Part shown: in pieces, positions 1 to 11,101 of the stretch
How the letters are laid out: every line of letters starts with the position of its first letter
How positions within the stretch are numbered: position 1 is the first letter of the stretch
Source of the DNA: a bacterium
Lineage (GTDB): Bacteria; Patescibacteriota; Patescibacteriia; Patescibacteriales; GWE2-39-37
DNA length: 46,609 nucleotides
Reading direction: 5' to 3'
Assembly (NCBI GenBank): GCA_037146995.1
Contig: JBAWWA010000002.1
Span: 67,955 to 114,563 of the forward strand
Position numbers and translations under genes: made by a program
The notes under the pieces: generated by a model
Seen by the model: only the letters and a program-made list of their open reading frames with translations
The model's database searches: none
What the model was told of the DNA's origin: nothing

Positions 1-912
1 CAAAGCTAGGCCCATACTTGCACTAACACTTATGGTCTCACTTTCTGTCACTGAAAACTCTGCCGCCCTAATGGATGTAAGAATTTTTTCGGCAATTTTC
101 TTGGCCACATCCCTAGCACTGGTGATTTGACCACTACTATTTTTAGTTGGCACCAGTTTATGCAGCAAAACCACAAACTCCTCACCACCATAGCGATAAA
201 CCTGATCCACCTCCCTGACAGAAGCTTTTAATTCTTGCGCGACACCTTTTAATACTAAATCACCGGCAGCATGCCCATATGTATCATTAACTTTTTTAAA
301 ATTATCAAGATCAAGCATAATAACAGCGCAGGGATTCTTTTCACGCTTTACGATACTTATTTCATGGGCTATTTCAGAATATAAAACATTCGAATTTTTA
401 AGACCAGTCCGCTCGTCGAAACTTGCCTTCAGACTACCCTCAAGTGCTCTGATCTCAACATCTGATTGCTGATCAGCTCGAATATCAAGCTCCTTTAAAT
501 ATTCGGCAAAGGCCGGAATTTCATTAATAATTCTATCCTTTTCTTCTTTTATATATCTGGCACCAATATTGCGACCGTTCTCATCATAATTTCTAAAGAC
601 CTTGCGAATCGAAGCCTTTAATTCATCCGGGTATAACTTTGATTCGAGAGCGCGATCAATTTCAATCTGACGGATTGCTTCTTCGGTTTTCGCAATTTCT
701 ACATGCACGTCACCGTAGTTGTGGTCATATTTTTTATGCAACCTTAACATGTCTGCCTGAGACTTTGTCTTTGGCTCATATTGATAATCCACGCCTGTAT
801 TTTTTAGTGGATTTTTTATTTCCACTCGCTCTTCGCCCAACACCTCCTTTTTAACTTCCGGCCTAAAAATGCCATCAACATTTCTTACCGGCAGCTTTAT
901 TTTGTCAGACAT
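1..912 (-). CDS. GGDEF-domain diguanylate cyclase, 3'-truncated at window edge (absent from ORF track)
   Basis: Manual translation from ATG at 912: MSDKIKLPV...DERTGLKN...MLDLDNFKKVNDTYGHAAGDLVL...REVDQVYRYGGEEFVVLL. The GGEEF active site and RxxD I-site are present, and the frame is open to position 1. Confidence 0.93.
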   Translation of the reverse strand, partial: MSDKIKLPVRNVDGIFRPEVKKEVLGEERVEIKNPLKNTGVDYQYEPKTKSQADMLRLHKKYDHNYGDVHVEIAKTEEAIRQIEIDRALESKLYPDELKASIRKVFRNYDENGRNIGARYIKEEKDRIINEIPAFAEYLKELDIRADQQSDVEIRALEGSLKASFDERTGLKNSNVLYSEIAHEISIVKREKNPCAVIMLDLDNFKKVNDTYGHAAGDLVLKGVAQELKASVREVDQVYRYGGEEFVVLLHKLVPTKNSSGQITSARDVAKKIAEKILTSIRAAEFSVTESETISVSASMGLAL

Positions 913-932
913 GACTTTGGATTTATAATCAA

Positions 933-1376
933 TTAATCAATTTTTATTTGATGCGTATTATGATGACTTTTTCTGGCAACCCTAAGACGACTTGTCTCCT
1001 TCTCGATCGCAGCAGCAACTCGGGCATATTCCAATTCATTCATAGTAAGCTTTTGCTTTTTTAACTCCTCAGCCCTAGTTCGCGCTGCCTCTGCCCTGGC
1101 GATATCAATCTCCTCTGCTCGTTCCGCCGTATCGGCCAGAACGATTAAAGAGTTATTGGCAAATTCTACAAAGCCGCCCGACAAAGCCAAGTGAATTTCT
1201 TCATTGCCATTTTTGATCATAATCTCTCCTGGTTGTAATGCCCCAATATACGAACAATGGTTTGGTAAAATAGTTACCTGGCCACCTTTGATTGGCAATG
1301 TAACCTGGTCTATTTCCGACTCGTAAGCCAAACGCTCAGGTGTCACTATTTTGAATTGTATTTTTAGTTCAGACAT
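933..1376 (-). CDS. atpC: F1Fo ATP synthase epsilon subunit
   Basis: IVTPER, ILPNH, SGGFVE, LADTAERAEEID motifs; last gene of the atp operon. Confidence 0.96.
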   Translation of the reverse strand: MSELKIQFKIVTPERLAYESEIDQVTLPIKGGQVTILPNHCSYIGALQPGEIMIKNGNEEIHLALSGGFVEFANNSLIVLADTAERAEEIDIARAEAARTRAEELKKQKLTMNELEYARVAAAIEKETSRLRVARKSHHNTHQIKID

Positions 1377-1455
1377 TGACTATTGTTATCCCATAAAAAC
1401 AGGGATCTTAATATTTTAAACCGTTTTAGACTTCACTTCCGTAAAACTGATATTA

Positions 1456-2911
<1,456 letters not shown>

Positions 2912-2959
2912 TTATATATCTTATGAACATTTTCACAAATCAATGCAATGGGAGGATTC

Positions 2960-3097
2960 ATGAAGATTATCGGTAACATTCTTTTTTTTGGCTTTATCGC
3001 TCTGCATTTTATTGTTGTCTCTGTCTTTATTGTTATACCAACAAAAATCATTAGCTACCTTATCAGACCACTTTTAAAAGGAGTAAAAAATGCCTAA
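2960..3097 (+). CDS. Small 45-aa hydrophobic protein (absent from ORF track)
   Basis: MKIIGNILFFGFIALHFIVVSVFIVIPTKIISYLIRPLLKGVKNA*; GGAGG just upstream of the ATG; its stop overlaps the next start (ATGCCTAA). Confidence 0.65.
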   Translation: MKIIGNILFFGFIALHFIVVSVFIVIPTKIISYLIRPLLKGVKNA

Positions 3098-3449
3098 ACA
3101 AGATCGATTTGCCAAAACCCTGAATGGTATAACCACATTTGGCATTAAGCCTTATAAATTCGTAATGCTGCTTAACTCAAGCCATCAACCTACGGAAATC
3201 AAGGCTTTTGACTGCTTCACTTGGAATCCTCGCACAAAAACCTTGTGGCTAAATCGAGCCCTCGACATTTATTCATCCGGTAACAGAATTTTCTTTAAAC
3301 ACTTGTCAACAATTGATGACAAGTTATTTTTAGCTCTAACCACAGAAGATGATATCAAGGATACTATTGAATTAATTGCAAAAACAGTTAATCTCAATAT
3401 CAAAAAAATTAAAGGCTTTGATTCAAATCAGACCTACGTCCTGTCCTAA
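3090..3449 (+). CDS. Hypothetical protein, 119 aa
   Basis: AAGGAG SD upstream; fills the atpG-atpD gap; followed by a terminator; no family recognised. Confidence 0.7.
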   Translation: MPKQDRFAKTLNGITTFGIKPYKFVMLLNSSHQPTEIKAFDCFTWNPRTKTLWLNRALDIYSSGNRIFFKHLSTIDDKLFLALTTEDDIKDTIELIAKTVNLNIKKIKGFDSNQTYVLS

Positions 3450-3471
3450 ATTACAATGAACATTTATACCT

Positions 3472-3496
3472 ACCTCGCTTAAAAGCGAGGTTTTTT
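3472..3496 (+). terminator. Intrinsic terminator, + strand only
   Basis: ACCTCGCTT-AA-AAGCGAGGT followed by a T-run; no U-tract on the minus strand. Confidence 0.75.
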
Positions 3497-4448
3497 ATTC
3501 AAGCGCTGCCCTGCCAGCACTAATTTCAGCAATTTCCTGAGTGATCTTACCTTGACGTATTTGATTGTAAGCCAAGGTTAAATCAGCTGACATATCACTA
3601 GCTGCATCAGTCGCGCTACGCATAGCCATCATTCTAGCTGAATGCTCAGAGGCACTCGATTCTAGAACGGCATGATATACCTGCATCTCCAGTAATCTCG
3701 GTATAATAAATTCAAGTACTTCAACCGGACTAGGTTCGACTTTGTACTGCAAATTTTCAGCCTTAATATTTAAATTTTCAGCTAATAAATCAATCTCATC
3801 CAACTGTTTTTCAATATCTATCTTTGATATTGGGAGTAATTGCCTAATTTTAGTTTTTTGATTCAGTGTCGAGATAAAATCAGTATAAATCACCACCACT
3901 TTATCATAATTTTTTTTAAGATACTCTTCAATAACAATATCAGAAACTGGTCTCACCAAATCAATTGAGGGCAAATTAGCAATTTCTGGAAAACTCGCCA
4001 CGATATGGCCTTTAATTTTTTTCACCATGGCCTCACCCTTTTTACCAATAGTTAGATAATCAACTTTAATATCAGAAGCATTGGTTGTAGCGATTTTTTT
4101 ACTTCCAACTCGATTAACTGCTAATTTTAAAAAGTTTGTTGACTCATCTTTAAGTTTTTTATTGATTTGAGCATTAAAAGACCCGCACAGGCCACGATTC
4201 GAAGAGACCACCAACATTAAAACACTTTTAACTTCACGAACTTCAAGTAAACCCTCATTACGACTCTCGAAAGCTTGAGCCAAGTTTGATAAAACTTGCC
4301 AGGCGCCTTGCGCGTAAGGCCTAATGCCCAAGACACTCTGAATCGCTCGACGCATCTTGGCAGCCGAAACCATCTCCATGGCTCGAGTAATTTTTTTGGT
4401 ACTATTTATCGATCTAATTCTTCTTTTTATATCAAGTGAACTTGCCAT
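3495..4448 (-). CDS. atpG: F1Fo ATP synthase gamma subunit
   Basis: KITRAMEMVSAAKM, RGLCGSFN, SEHSARMMAM, RQGKITQEIAEI. Confidence 0.97.
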   Translation of the reverse strand: MASSLDIKRRIRSINSTKKITRAMEMVSAAKMRRAIQSVLGIRPYAQGAWQVLSNLAQAFESRNEGLLEVREVKSVLMLVVSSNRGLCGSFNAQINKKLKDESTNFLKLAVNRVGSKKIATTNASDIKVDYLTIGKKGEAMVKKIKGHIVASFPEIANLPSIDLVRPVSDIVIEEYLKKNYDKVVVIYTDFISTLNQKTKIRQLLPISKIDIEKQLDEIDLLAENLNIKAENLQYKVEPSPVEVLEFIIPRLLEMQVYHAVLESSASEHSARMMAMRSATDAASDMSADLTLAYNQIRQGKITQEIAEISAGRAALE

Positions 4449-4518
4449 ATATCTTAACCGCTTTTTAGACTACATCTACAAAAAGCGCTTACTTATTTAT
4501 CCTATATTTATTATACAC

Positions 4519-6024
4519 TTATGAAATAGTCTGTTTATATTCTTTAATCGATTTTTCAAGAGCAGCTATAACATCTTCTGATAACTCCTTTTTTTCACGA
4601 ATCATTTTCAAAACCTCAATAGCCTGGTCATCCAAATAAACATGAAAACCATCTTCAAATTCACGGATTCTTTCAACGGCCACATCATCAAGAAAACCAT
4701 TAATTAAGGCGTAAATGATCGCCACCTGATGTTCTACGGCCATCGGTTCGTATTGCCCCTGCTTTAGAATCTCTACAGTTCTGCGCCCACGCTCAATCTG
4801 TGATCTGGTTTTTTCATCCAAATCAGAACCAAATTGCGCAAAAGCCTCCAACTCACGAAACTGTGCCAAGTCCAAGCGGATACGACCTGCTACTTTTTTC
4901 ATGATTTTTATCTGCGCATCGCCACCAACTCGAGAAACAGACAAACCAACGTTAATAGCTGGACGGACACCTTTGTAAAACAAATCTGATTCTAAATAAA
5001 TCTGCCCATCAGTAATCGAAATAACATTAGTCGGAATATAGGCAGATACATCACCTGCCTGTGTTTCAATAATCGGCAAGGCAGTAATTGAACCACCACC
5101 ATAGTCTTCATTTAATTTAGCAGAACGCTCAAGCAAACGGGAATGCAAATAAAAAACATCACCCGGATAAGCTTCACGTCCTGGTGGGCGCTTAAGAATT
5201 AAGGAAATTTGGCGATAAGCCCAAGCATGGCGAGACAAATCATCATACACCACTAATACATCTTCACCCTTATCTAAAAAATATTCAGCCAAAGCTGCAC
5301 CTGAATATGGAGCAATGAAGGACATGGCAGCCGGATCAGAAGCACCGGCTACAACAACCGTCGTATATTCCATGGCGCCACGTTTTTCTAGTTCATTGAC
5401 AATGCGGGCAATCTTTGATTCCTTCTGACCGATTGCCACGTAAATACACTTCATGTTCTGCCCCTTTTGATTGATGATTGTATCTATTGCAATTGCGGTT
5501 TTGCCAGTTTGACGATCACCAATGATTAGTTCACGTTGACCGCGACCGATTGGTATCATAGCGTCAATCGCTTTGATTCCTGTCTGTACTGGCTGATGAA
5601 CTCCTTTGCGAGTAATAACACCCGGAGCAACTTTTTCCACCGGATAAAAAACATCGGAAGTGATTTCGCCTTTACCATCAACCTCTTGACCTAAAGGGTT
5701 AATGACGCGACCAATCATTTTTTCAGTTACGGGAATCGAAAGAATTTTGCCCGTCGCCTTGACCTCATCACCTTCTTTCAAAGTTTTATAATCACCCAGA
5801 ATCATAGCGCCAACACGATCTTCATCCAAGTTCAAAACCACACCGATTTCTCCATTTGAAAATTCAACCATTTCCGAGGCCATGACATCAGACAAGCCTG
5901 TCATTCTCGCAATGCCATCGGAAACTTCAACCACAACGCCAACAGTTTGTTTAGACGCCTCAACTTTAAAATTAGCAATTTGTTTTTTCAACTCTTCAAC
6001 GATAAAATCTTTCGTATTACTCAT
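4519..6024 (-). CDS. atpA: F1Fo ATP synthase alpha subunit
   Basis: [39 protein letters not shown]. Confidence 0.98.
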   Translation of the reverse strand: MSNTKDFIVEELKKQIANFKVEASKQTVGVVVEVSDGIARMTGLSDVMASEMVEFSNGEIGVVLNLDEDRVGAMILGDYKTLKEGDEVKATGKILSIPVTEKMIGRVINPLGQEVDGKGEITSDVFYPVEKVAPGVITRKGVHQPVQTGIKAIDAMIPIGRGQRELIIGDRQTGKTAIAIDTIINQKGQNMKCIYVAIGQKESKIARIVNELEKRGAMEYTTVVVAGASDPAAMSFIAPYSGAALAEYFLDKGEDVLVVYDDLSRHAWAYRQISLILKRPPGREAYPGDVFYLHSRLLERSAKLNEDYGGGSITALPIIETQAGDVSAYIPTNVISITDGQIYLESDLFYKGVRPAINVGLSVSRVGGDAQIKIMKKVAGRIRLDLAQFRELEAFAQFGSDLDEKTRSQIERGRRTVEILKQGQYEPMAVEHQVAIIYALINGFLDDVAVERIREFEDGFHVYLDDQAIEVLKMIREKKELSEDVIAALEKSIKEYKQTIS

Positions 6025-6115
6025 ATATTTTTATACTTATCATTTTGCTCTCATCGTCACTCAATTTTCCAAAAAACCGATTGAGTTGGAAACCTACAAA
6101 ATAACAACTGTTTAT

Positions 6116-6517
6116 TTATTTCGTTAATTCTTGTTTAAATTTATTTATTTGACTCAAAGTGCTGGCATCTATAACCTGGTCACCAAAGTTTAAAATAAAG
6201 CCCGATAAAACACGTTCATCCAATTGCTCGGTGATTTGAACATCAGTTACTCCACTCTCTTCGATAATATAACGTTTAAGCGTTTCCAGAGTTTCTGGCT
6301 CTAGCTTGCTCGCACTAACGACTTTGGCAGAAATCAGCCCCATTTGCCCGTTCCAATTTTTTTCAAACTCGGACATAATAGCTTCAACTCTGCCAATATC
6401 ACCATTTCGATCAAGCATAACAACGAAATTGGCTATAATTTCTTTTAACTGCTTTTCATCCTTGCCTTCTGATAGCTCGACCAATGTTCTGGCGTATTGC
6501 AAATTTGATACTTTCAT
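6116..6517 (-). CDS. atpH: F1Fo ATP synthase delta subunit (short form)
   Basis: YARTL N-terminus, C-terminal DERVLSGFILNFGDQVIDAS; located between atpF and atpA. Confidence 0.88.
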   Translation of the reverse strand: MKVSNLQYARTLVELSEGKDEKQLKEIIANFVVMLDRNGDIGRVEAIMSEFEKNWNGQMGLISAKVVSASKLEPETLETLKRYIIEESGVTDVQITEQLDERVLSGFILNFGDQVIDASTLSQINKFKQELTK

Positions 6518-6531
6518 TTATTTGAAGCGAT

Positions 6532-7032
6532 TTAAGACTTTATATTTTTTATCAAATCCTTTACTAAATCTTGATCAGCCTTGCCCTCCATTTTTTTTCC
6601 GACCAACTTTTCAAGCGACAAACCAACTAATTCGGCAACCTCTTTTTTAATATCCTTTAAGGCCTCAGCTTTTTCAACCAACATCTTTTCTTTTTCTTTG
6701 TTTATGATAACACCAATATCGTCTTTGGCTTTGGCAATCATAGCCTCACGCCTCTCCTCATTGACCTTATTGGCTTTTTCAATAATTATTGATGCCTCTT
6801 TTCTTGCATCAGCCACAATCTTTTTATATTCATCACCCTGAGCAATTAATTTCTCCTCAATTTTCTTAGCATCATCAAGGCTTTTTTCGATTTTTATGGT
6901 TCGTTCGTTTAGTAACTGCAAGACTGGACGATAGGCAAATTTATAGAGCACGCCCAACACAATAAAAAAATTAACTAACTGCGCCAAAATTAAATAGGTA
7001 TCAATATGAAATGTTTTTACTAATTCTTCCAT
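6532..7032 (-). CDS. atpF: F1Fo ATP synthase subunit b
   Basis: AQLVNFFIVLGVLYKFAYRPVLQLLNER TM segment followed by a coiled coil. Confidence 0.95.
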   Translation of the reverse strand: MEELVKTFHIDTYLILAQLVNFFIVLGVLYKFAYRPVLQLLNERTIKIEKSLDDAKKIEEKLIAQGDEYKKIVADARKEASIIIEKANKVNEERREAMIAKAKDDIGVIINKEKEKMLVEKAEALKDIKKEVAELVGLSLEKLVGKKMEGKADQDLVKDLIKNIKS

Positions 7033-7041
7033 GTTTTTCCA

Positions 7042-7117
7042 ATGTCATTCCTGCAAGCGCCGAAGTCTAATTCTTGGCACCAAGACGTATGTAATACAGT
7101 CTGTGCGAGAATGACAT
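7042..7117. repeat. Degenerate REP-like palindromic element
   Basis: Perfect 9-bp terminal inverted repeat ATGTCATTC (7042-7050) / GAATGACAT (7109-7117) in the atpE-atpF spacer. Confidence 0.5.
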
Positions 7118-7175
7118 GTTAGATTAATAATATTTTAATTTCTAACCCACAGACGCGAGTCAGAGTATCAAATTA

Positions 7176-7397
<222 letters not shown>

Positions 7398-7472
7398 TTA
7401 CAATCATTATAATGTTCACCTCTAGGCAAACAATGATTGTTATTAATAATTAATCAACTAATTTTGCGTTAT

Positions 7473-7538
7473 GTCTAGCGCAGTGAAAAATTTCGGTAAA
7501 ATTAAAAAATCACAAGAAACTCTTCACTTCCGCTAGAC
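7473..7538. repeat. Imperfect inverted repeat in the atpB-atpE spacer
   Basis: GTCTAGCGCAGTGAA ... TTCACTTCCGCTAGAC. Confidence 0.5.
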
Positions 7539-7546
7539 CTTTAAAA

Positions 7547-8395
7547 TTAATGTTCATCATGACTTGTCATGGCCATCGACATAAAAGCCAGAGTTAATAT
7601 GGCAAAAACTAAGGCCTGAACAATTCCCACAATGATTTCCAAAAACATAAAAGGCAAAGGTAATAAATAAGCGGAAATTGCCATCATCGAGGCAAGCAAC
7701 ACTTCACCGGCAAAAATATTGCCAAAAAGCCTAAAAGACAACGAGGCAACTTTAGCGAATTCACCTATTGTTTCAACGAACCCGACAAAGATTTTAATCG
7801 GGTTGACGATCAGGACCATTGGGTCTTTCACAATTTTTTTAGGAATTTCAAATAATAAATTAAAACTAATAAATTTATTGAAATGCTGCCAAATGCCAAG
7901 CGTCGCAACTCCCAATATGTGAGACATCAGTACGGCAAATAAGGATATGGCCAAGGTTGTATTTAGATCTGCTGTACCACCACGCAGTAACGGCACAAAA
8001 ACGCTATGACCAGCCTCTGTTTCTATCCAACCGATAGTGCCAACACCAGGTAGTAACCCCAACCAATTATTAACCAATATAAATAAAAACAACGAAAGGA
8101 TAACTGGTAATAATCTTTCAGACTTGTGCCTTGAGCCGGTTATGCTGTCAGATAATTTTAAAGCCTCCTCGAGCAGTATTTCAAAAATACCTTGCATTTT
8201 GCCGGGCACATTTTTCAAGCTTTTCCCAAGTAAAACCAGTCCAACAACAATTACAAAGACTGCCGACCAACTCATGATAAGCGAATTAGTAATCGTAAAT
8301 GAGCCAAACTTAGTTATTGGCTCAGCAAATAGTGTCGCTTCATGCGACACTTCTTGAGTCTCTTTGATTGTACCAGCTTCAGAACTTGCCACCAT
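7547..8395 (-). CDS. atpB: F1Fo ATP synthase subunit a
   Basis: NWLGLLPG, TADLNTT, SLSFRLFGNIFAGE, VQALVFAILT. Confidence 0.96.
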   Translation of the reverse strand: MVASSEAGTIKETQEVSHEATLFAEPITKFGSFTITNSLIMSWSAVFVIVVGLVLLGKSLKNVPGKMQGIFEILLEEALKLSDSITGSRHKSERLLPVILSLFLFILVNNWLGLLPGVGTIGWIETEAGHSVFVPLLRGGTADLNTTLAISLFAVLMSHILGVATLGIWQHFNKFISFNLLFEIPKKIVKDPMVLIVNPIKIFVGFVETIGEFAKVASLSFRLFGNIFAGEVLLASMMAISAYLLPLPFMFLEIIVGIVQALVFAILTLAFMSMAMTSHDEH

Positions 8396-8410
8396 ATTGT
8401 GTTAAATCTT

Positions 8411-8695
8411 CTATTTTAATTCGAATTTACCCTCAATCTGTTTTTTTAATTTTTCTTCAGCCTCAATTCGTCTTAATTCAGCGGTATAATAATAAATTAT
8501 AGCGGCGGTCGAAACAAGAAAAGCAATTGCCGTCAAGCTTAAAAAAATCCAAGGCTCACTATTAAATTTACTATCCAAATACTTACCTAAAAAAAGTGAT
8601 ATTATAATTGGCCCAGCAATCCAGCCGCTGAGTTTAAAAAATAAATTCAGGCCAGGTTGCCACCACAAAGCCGGTTCCTGATTATCCATGTTCAT
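8411..8695 (-). CDS. AtpZ/AtpI-family membrane protein
   Basis: GKYLDSKFNSEPW motif between two TM helices; first gene of the atp operon. Confidence 0.85.
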   Translation of the reverse strand: MNMDNQEPALWWQPGLNLFFKLSGWIAGPIIISLFLGKYLDSKFNSEPWIFLSLTAIAFLVSTAAIIYYYTAELRRIEAEEKLKKQIEGKFELK

Positions 8696-8796
8696 TTTTA
8701 TTAAAATATCACTCTAATTTTGGCTTATTTTCGTTGAAATGTCAATATTGTTCATCACACAATTGACATAAATAGATAATATAATTATAAAATGGG

Positions 8797-9069
8797 CTAA
8801 TACCCTCTTGCTTTATAATTATCCAACAAGGCCTCGAAATTCTTTAATATTTCTTGAAGTTTTTGTTCGTCATTTTGAAAAACAAAATAACTATTAAGTA
8901 AATCCGGCTTTTCATCAAAAATCCTAGCCGCTACTTCAGCGTTGCCATCGGCGACCCACTGGGCAGCTGAAACGTCGCTATCATGCATTGCCAAAGCTTG
9001 CAAGCCATTACGAGCCCTTAGTACTTCTTCTGGAGTCAATCTATTCGCAACTCTCTCAAATGAATTCAT
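8797..9069 (-). CDS. Hypothetical protein, 90 aa
   Basis: ORF starts 2 nt after the tatD stop; no family recognised. Confidence 0.65.
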   Translation of the reverse strand: MNSFERVANRLTPEEVLRARNGLQALAMHDSDVSAAQWVADGNAEVAARIFDEKPDLLNSYFVFQNDEQKLQEILKNFEALLDNYKARGY

Positions 9070-9071
9070 AT

Positions 9072-9902
9072 TTAAAGTCTAAATAAATTAATACTATTCT
9101 CTGTTGTTTGCCTGGCGACTTCCTCAGGAGAAATTCCTTTGATTCGCGCAAGATGATTCGCGACATCAATCACGCCCGTTGGCTCATTTCTTGTACCGCG
9201 CTTTCCTCCTGGCGTTAAATAAGGACAATCAGTTTCTAAAATAATATGTTCTACTTCCACTTCCTTGATTAATCGATCAAAACTATCAGAATATGTTATG
9301 ACGCCATTCAGACCAATGAAGAAGCCAAGTTCAATGAATTTTCGTGCCGTTTTGTAGCTACCAATAAAACTATGAACTACCCCACCACGTTTGACTGGAT
9401 TATTTTTTAAAATTTCAAGCAAATCTGTATATGCATCCCAACAATGAAGTGCAATCGGCAAATCTAATTCATTTGCGAGGCAAATAAAATCATTTAAAAC
9501 AATTTTTTGTTTATGTTTTATTTTTTCTATATCATCTCCGTCCTCAAAATGATGATAATCAAGCCCGACTTCTCCTATAGCTACTACTTTTTTATTCTGA
9601 CCCAAGGCGAAATAATCAGCCATAACAGGATCTTCACCCGAAGTGATGATTTCTGTTGCAGGCAACTCTTCTGAATCCTGATGAGTGAAGGATTGCTTTT
9701 GCAAATGCAGTGGGTGCACACCAATCGCCGCCCAAACGTTTGCAAATTCATTGGCAAAATCTACCGCTCGCTTGCTGGTCGAATACTGAGAGCCGACGTT
9801 TATTACCCCCACTTCGCCCTCCATGGAACGTCCAATAACTTCACGATAATCATCCTTGAAGGCGTTAAAATTTACATGAGCATGTGAATCGATAAATTTC
9901 AT
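9072..9902 (-). CDS. tatD: TatD-family DNase
   Basis: DSHAH, GVHP, GEVGLDY, HC, VHSF, LETDCPYL, RNEP. Confidence 0.95.
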   Translation of the reverse strand: MKFIDSHAHVNFNAFKDDYREVIGRSMEGEVGVINVGSQYSTSKRAVDFANEFANVWAAIGVHPLHLQKQSFTHQDSEELPATEIITSGEDPVMADYFALGQNKKVVAIGEVGLDYHHFEDGDDIEKIKHKQKIVLNDFICLANELDLPIALHCWDAYTDLLEILKNNPVKRGGVVHSFIGSYKTARKFIELGFFIGLNGVITYSDSFDRLIKEVEVEHIILETDCPYLTPGGKRGTRNEPTGVIDVANHLARIKGISPEEVARQTTENSINLFRL

Positions 9903-9916
9903 ATTTTATCGTTCAA

Positions 9917-10522
9917 CTAAATTTTAAATTTAACATCTCCTTGCCTTACAATACTTATCTCAGCTAAAGTGCAATCTAGAATCGTCGAACCTTTGGAGAT
10001 TTTTAACTTGCCGGCATCCAGTATCAGGTCAGGCTCATCTTGTTCGCCGATAAATATAGCTGCCGCTTCTAAACCAGACCGAGCTGGCTGACTGCCTGAC
10101 AAATTCGCCGAAGTAGAGACAAGTGGTCTTTTTATTTTTTTTACGATGGCGGTGGCAATTTCATTGCTTGAAATTCTGACAGCTAAAGTATTAGTTTTAA
10201 ACACTTGTCTGCCTAATTCGGTCGTCGGCAAAATAAAACTAAGTGGTCCTGGCCAATATGTTTTGGCAATATTTGCAATTTCGCTAGTGAATTTTACATA
10301 TTTTTTGGCCATCGTCATGCTATCAACTAAAATGATCAATTGTTTGCCAGCATCACGACCTTTCATTTTATTCAATCTGGTAATGGCTCTTTTATTCAAG
10401 GCGTCACAACCCAAGCCATAAACAGTTTCGGTCGGGTAGGCAATAATTTTACCTCTTTCAAGATAATCGGCCACAAAATCTATAACCTCCTTGTTACCAT
10501 CACTTTTATTAATTAAGTTCAT
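9917..10522 (-). CDS. tsaC: L-threonylcarbamoyladenylate synthase (TsaC/Sua5, YrdC domain only)
   Basis: YPTETVYGLG, KGR, WPGPLS, AVRIS, STSANLSG, STILD. Confidence 0.93.
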   Translation of the reverse strand: MNLINKSDGNKEVIDFVADYLERGKIIAYPTETVYGLGCDALNKRAITRLNKMKGRDAGKQLIILVDSMTMAKKYVKFTSEIANIAKTYWPGPLSFILPTTELGRQVFKTNTLAVRISSNEIATAIVKKIKRPLVSTSANLSGSQPARSGLEAAAIFIGEQDEPDLILDAGKLKISKGSTILDCTLAEISIVRQGDVKFKI

Positions 10523-10523
10523 A

Positions 10524-11039
10524 TTAAACAAGATGTTTTAACTGATCAAGTATAGTCGGCAATAAAGGCCTTAAAATCTCGACGAATTTTTCAAGATAAG
10601 GCACTATTTTTGAAGCAGTAGAAAACTTAAATAAGAGCGAGTTAATAAAAGTATAACTTTGAGCTAAATATAAAACGAAACCTAAAACAAACCCGCCTTC
10701 GATCGCCCCAAACATTGCGCCAGCAATCCTGTTAATCGTTTTTAAAAACGGGATAATTGAAAAAAAATCAAAAGTCCTATCAAGAATGGCGAATCCAAAA
10801 ACTATAATCCGATTTGCCAAGGTAAAAATTAAAAAGAAAACAATCGATTTGCCCAGTGAATCAAAACCAAAGGCTAAATTTGCTAAAAAATTAAAGACTA
10901 ACAAATAAAAGGTTCCAGCCGTCCAGACACCGCCAATCAAACCAATAAGCGAACCGATCGTTCGAATTAGGCCAAAAAATAAACCATAAAAAATAAATCC
11001 AGCTAAAAAAAGAAGCAATACAACGTCTAATATAATCAT
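10524..11039 (-). CDS. cvpA: CvpA family membrane protein
   Basis: N-terminal D-hydrophobic-G..GLIR pattern, INRIAGAMFGAIEG, four TM segments. Confidence 0.85.
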   Translation of the reverse strand: MIILDVVLLLFLAGFIFYGLFFGLIRTIGSLIGLIGGVWTAGTFYLLVFNFLANLAFGFDSLGKSIVFFLIFTLANRIIVFGFAILDRTFDFFSIIPFLKTINRIAGAMFGAIEGGFVLGFVLYLAQSYTFINSLLFKFSTASKIVPYLEKFVEILRPLLPTILDQLKHLV

Positions 11040-11101
11040 ACCCTTGGACTACGCTTAAAATTTAATACTCAAATGAATTAAATCTCGCCGCAAACTTAAA
11101 T

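Noticed and set aside
639-854. 71-aa + strand ORF
   Set aside because: Antisense shadow of the GGDEF gene.
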